Assembly: GCF_030028105.1 (NCBI RefSeq)
Contig: NC_092391.1
Coordinates: forward strand, 47,217,223 to 47,281,222
Reading direction: 5' to 3'
Length of the DNA stretch: 64,000 bases
Origin: Mobula birostris
Lineage: Eukaryota
Shown: piece after piece, positions 62,957 through 64,000 of the stretch
Position numbering within the stretch: the first letter of the stretch is position 1
Layout of the letters: each line of letters opens with the position of its first letter
Translations under genes and position numbers: made by a program
The notes under the pieces: model-generated
Seen by the model: the letters and a program-made list of their open reading frames with translations, nothing else
Told to the model about the DNA's origin: nothing
The model's database searches: none

Positions 62957-64000
62957 CAAAGTTACTGGTGAACGCAGCAGGCCAGGCAGCATCTCCAGGA
63001 AGAGGTACAGTCGACGTTTCAGGCCAAGACCCTTCGTCAGGACTAACTGAAGGAAGAGTTAGTAAGAGATTTGAAAGTGGGAAGGGGAGAGGGAGATCCA
63101 AAATGATAGGAGAAGACAGGAGGGGGAGGGATGGAACCAATAGCTGGTCAGTTGATTGGCAAAAGGGATATGAGAGGATCATGGGACAGGAGGTCCGGGG
63201 AGAAGGAAAAGGTCGGGGGGGGGGAACCCAGAGGATGGGCAAGGGGTATAGTGAGAGGGACAGAGGGAGAAAAAGGAGAGAGAGAAAAAGAATATGTGTA
63301 TAAAAATAAATAACGGATGGGGTACAAGGGGAAGGTGGGGCATTAGCGGAAGTTAGAGAAGTCAATGTTAATGCCATCAGGTTGGAGGCTACCCAGACGG
63401 AATATAAGGTGTTGTTCCTCCAACTTGAGTGTGGCTTCATCTTTACAGTAGAGGAGGCCGTGGATAGACATGTCAGAATGGGAATGGGATGTGGAATTAA
63501 AATGTGTGGCCACTGGGAGATCCTGCTTTCTCTGGCGGACAGAGTGTAGGTGTTCAGCAAAGCGGTCTCCCAGTCTGCGTCGGGTCTCGCAAATATATGG
63601 AAGGTCACATCGGGAGCACCGGACGCAGTATATCACCCCAGCCGACTCACAGGTGAAGTGTCGCCTCACCTGGAAGGACTGTCTGGGGCCCTGAATGGTG
63701 GTAAGGGAGGAAGTGTAAGGGCATGTGTAGCACTTGTTCCACTTACAAGGATAAGTGCCAGGAGGGAGATCAGTGGGGAGGGATGGGGGGGACGAATGGA
63801 CAAGGAGTCGCACAGAGAGCGATCCCTGCGGAAAGCGGGGGGGGGGGGGGAGGTGGTGGGGTGGAGGGAAAGATGTGCTTAGTGGTTGGGTCCCGTTGGA
63901 GGTCTCCCAGTCTGCGTCGGGTCTCACCAATATATAGAAGGCCACATCGGGAGCATCGGGAGACCGCTTTGCTGAACACCTACGCTCTGTTCACGGCCTC
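62957..64000 (-). mobile_element. Penelope-like element 3' region (GIY-YIG endonuclease, UTR, pLTR), running off the window
   Basis: CKWNKCYTC..FTCESAGVIYCVRCSRCDLPYICETRRRLGDRFAEH..VATHFN..GSLQPDGINIDFSNFR. Confidence 0.93.
63009..63044 (-). ncRNA. Minimal type I hammerhead ribozyme in the Penelope pLTR
   Basis: AGUC-CUGACGA-AGGGUCUUGGCCU-GAAAC-GUC-GACU: stem I AGUC/GACU, CUGANGA and GAAA boxes, GUC triplet, palindromic ACGU at stem III. Confidence 0.75.

Noticed and set aside
62646-63608. 320-aa ORF
   Set aside because: It is an off-frame read through Penelope sequence and UTR into a CR1 fragment.

Overview
Eukaryotic, repeat-dense genomic DNA. The inferred source is a cartilaginous fish, probably a ray, based on V-SINE/HE1-like SINEs, CR1/HER1-like LINEs and abundant Penelope-type repeats. 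No intact multi-exon host gene is visible; there is one candidate first coding exon at 3461-3570. Most of the window is nested, decayed mobile DNA: CR1 and Rex1/Babar-like LINEs, Penelope-like elements (PLEs) whose terminal repeats carry minimal type I hammerhead ribozymes, V-SINEs and tRNA-SINEs, Tc1 and hAT elements, and two solo LTRs. Five structures stand out. (1) An old Gypsy LTR element (40225-44668) has an intronless beta-tubulin retrocopy in place of gag/PR/RT, joined directly to RNase H-integrase. (2) A heavily deleted retrovirus-like relic (gag-pro-RNase H-IN tail-possible env) lies on the minus strand at about 29415-32860 and is barely visible in the ORF track. (3) A hAT transposon with TIRs and an 8-bp TSD has a Tigger/CENP-B DNA-binding region in place of its own N-terminus. 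(4) An exact 98-bp inverted copy from that hAT element sits inside the Gypsy 3' LTR. (5) Many hammerhead-bearing PLE mini-elements are present, including a fold-back one. All calls were made by eye without database searches; boundaries without a stated TSD are approximate.
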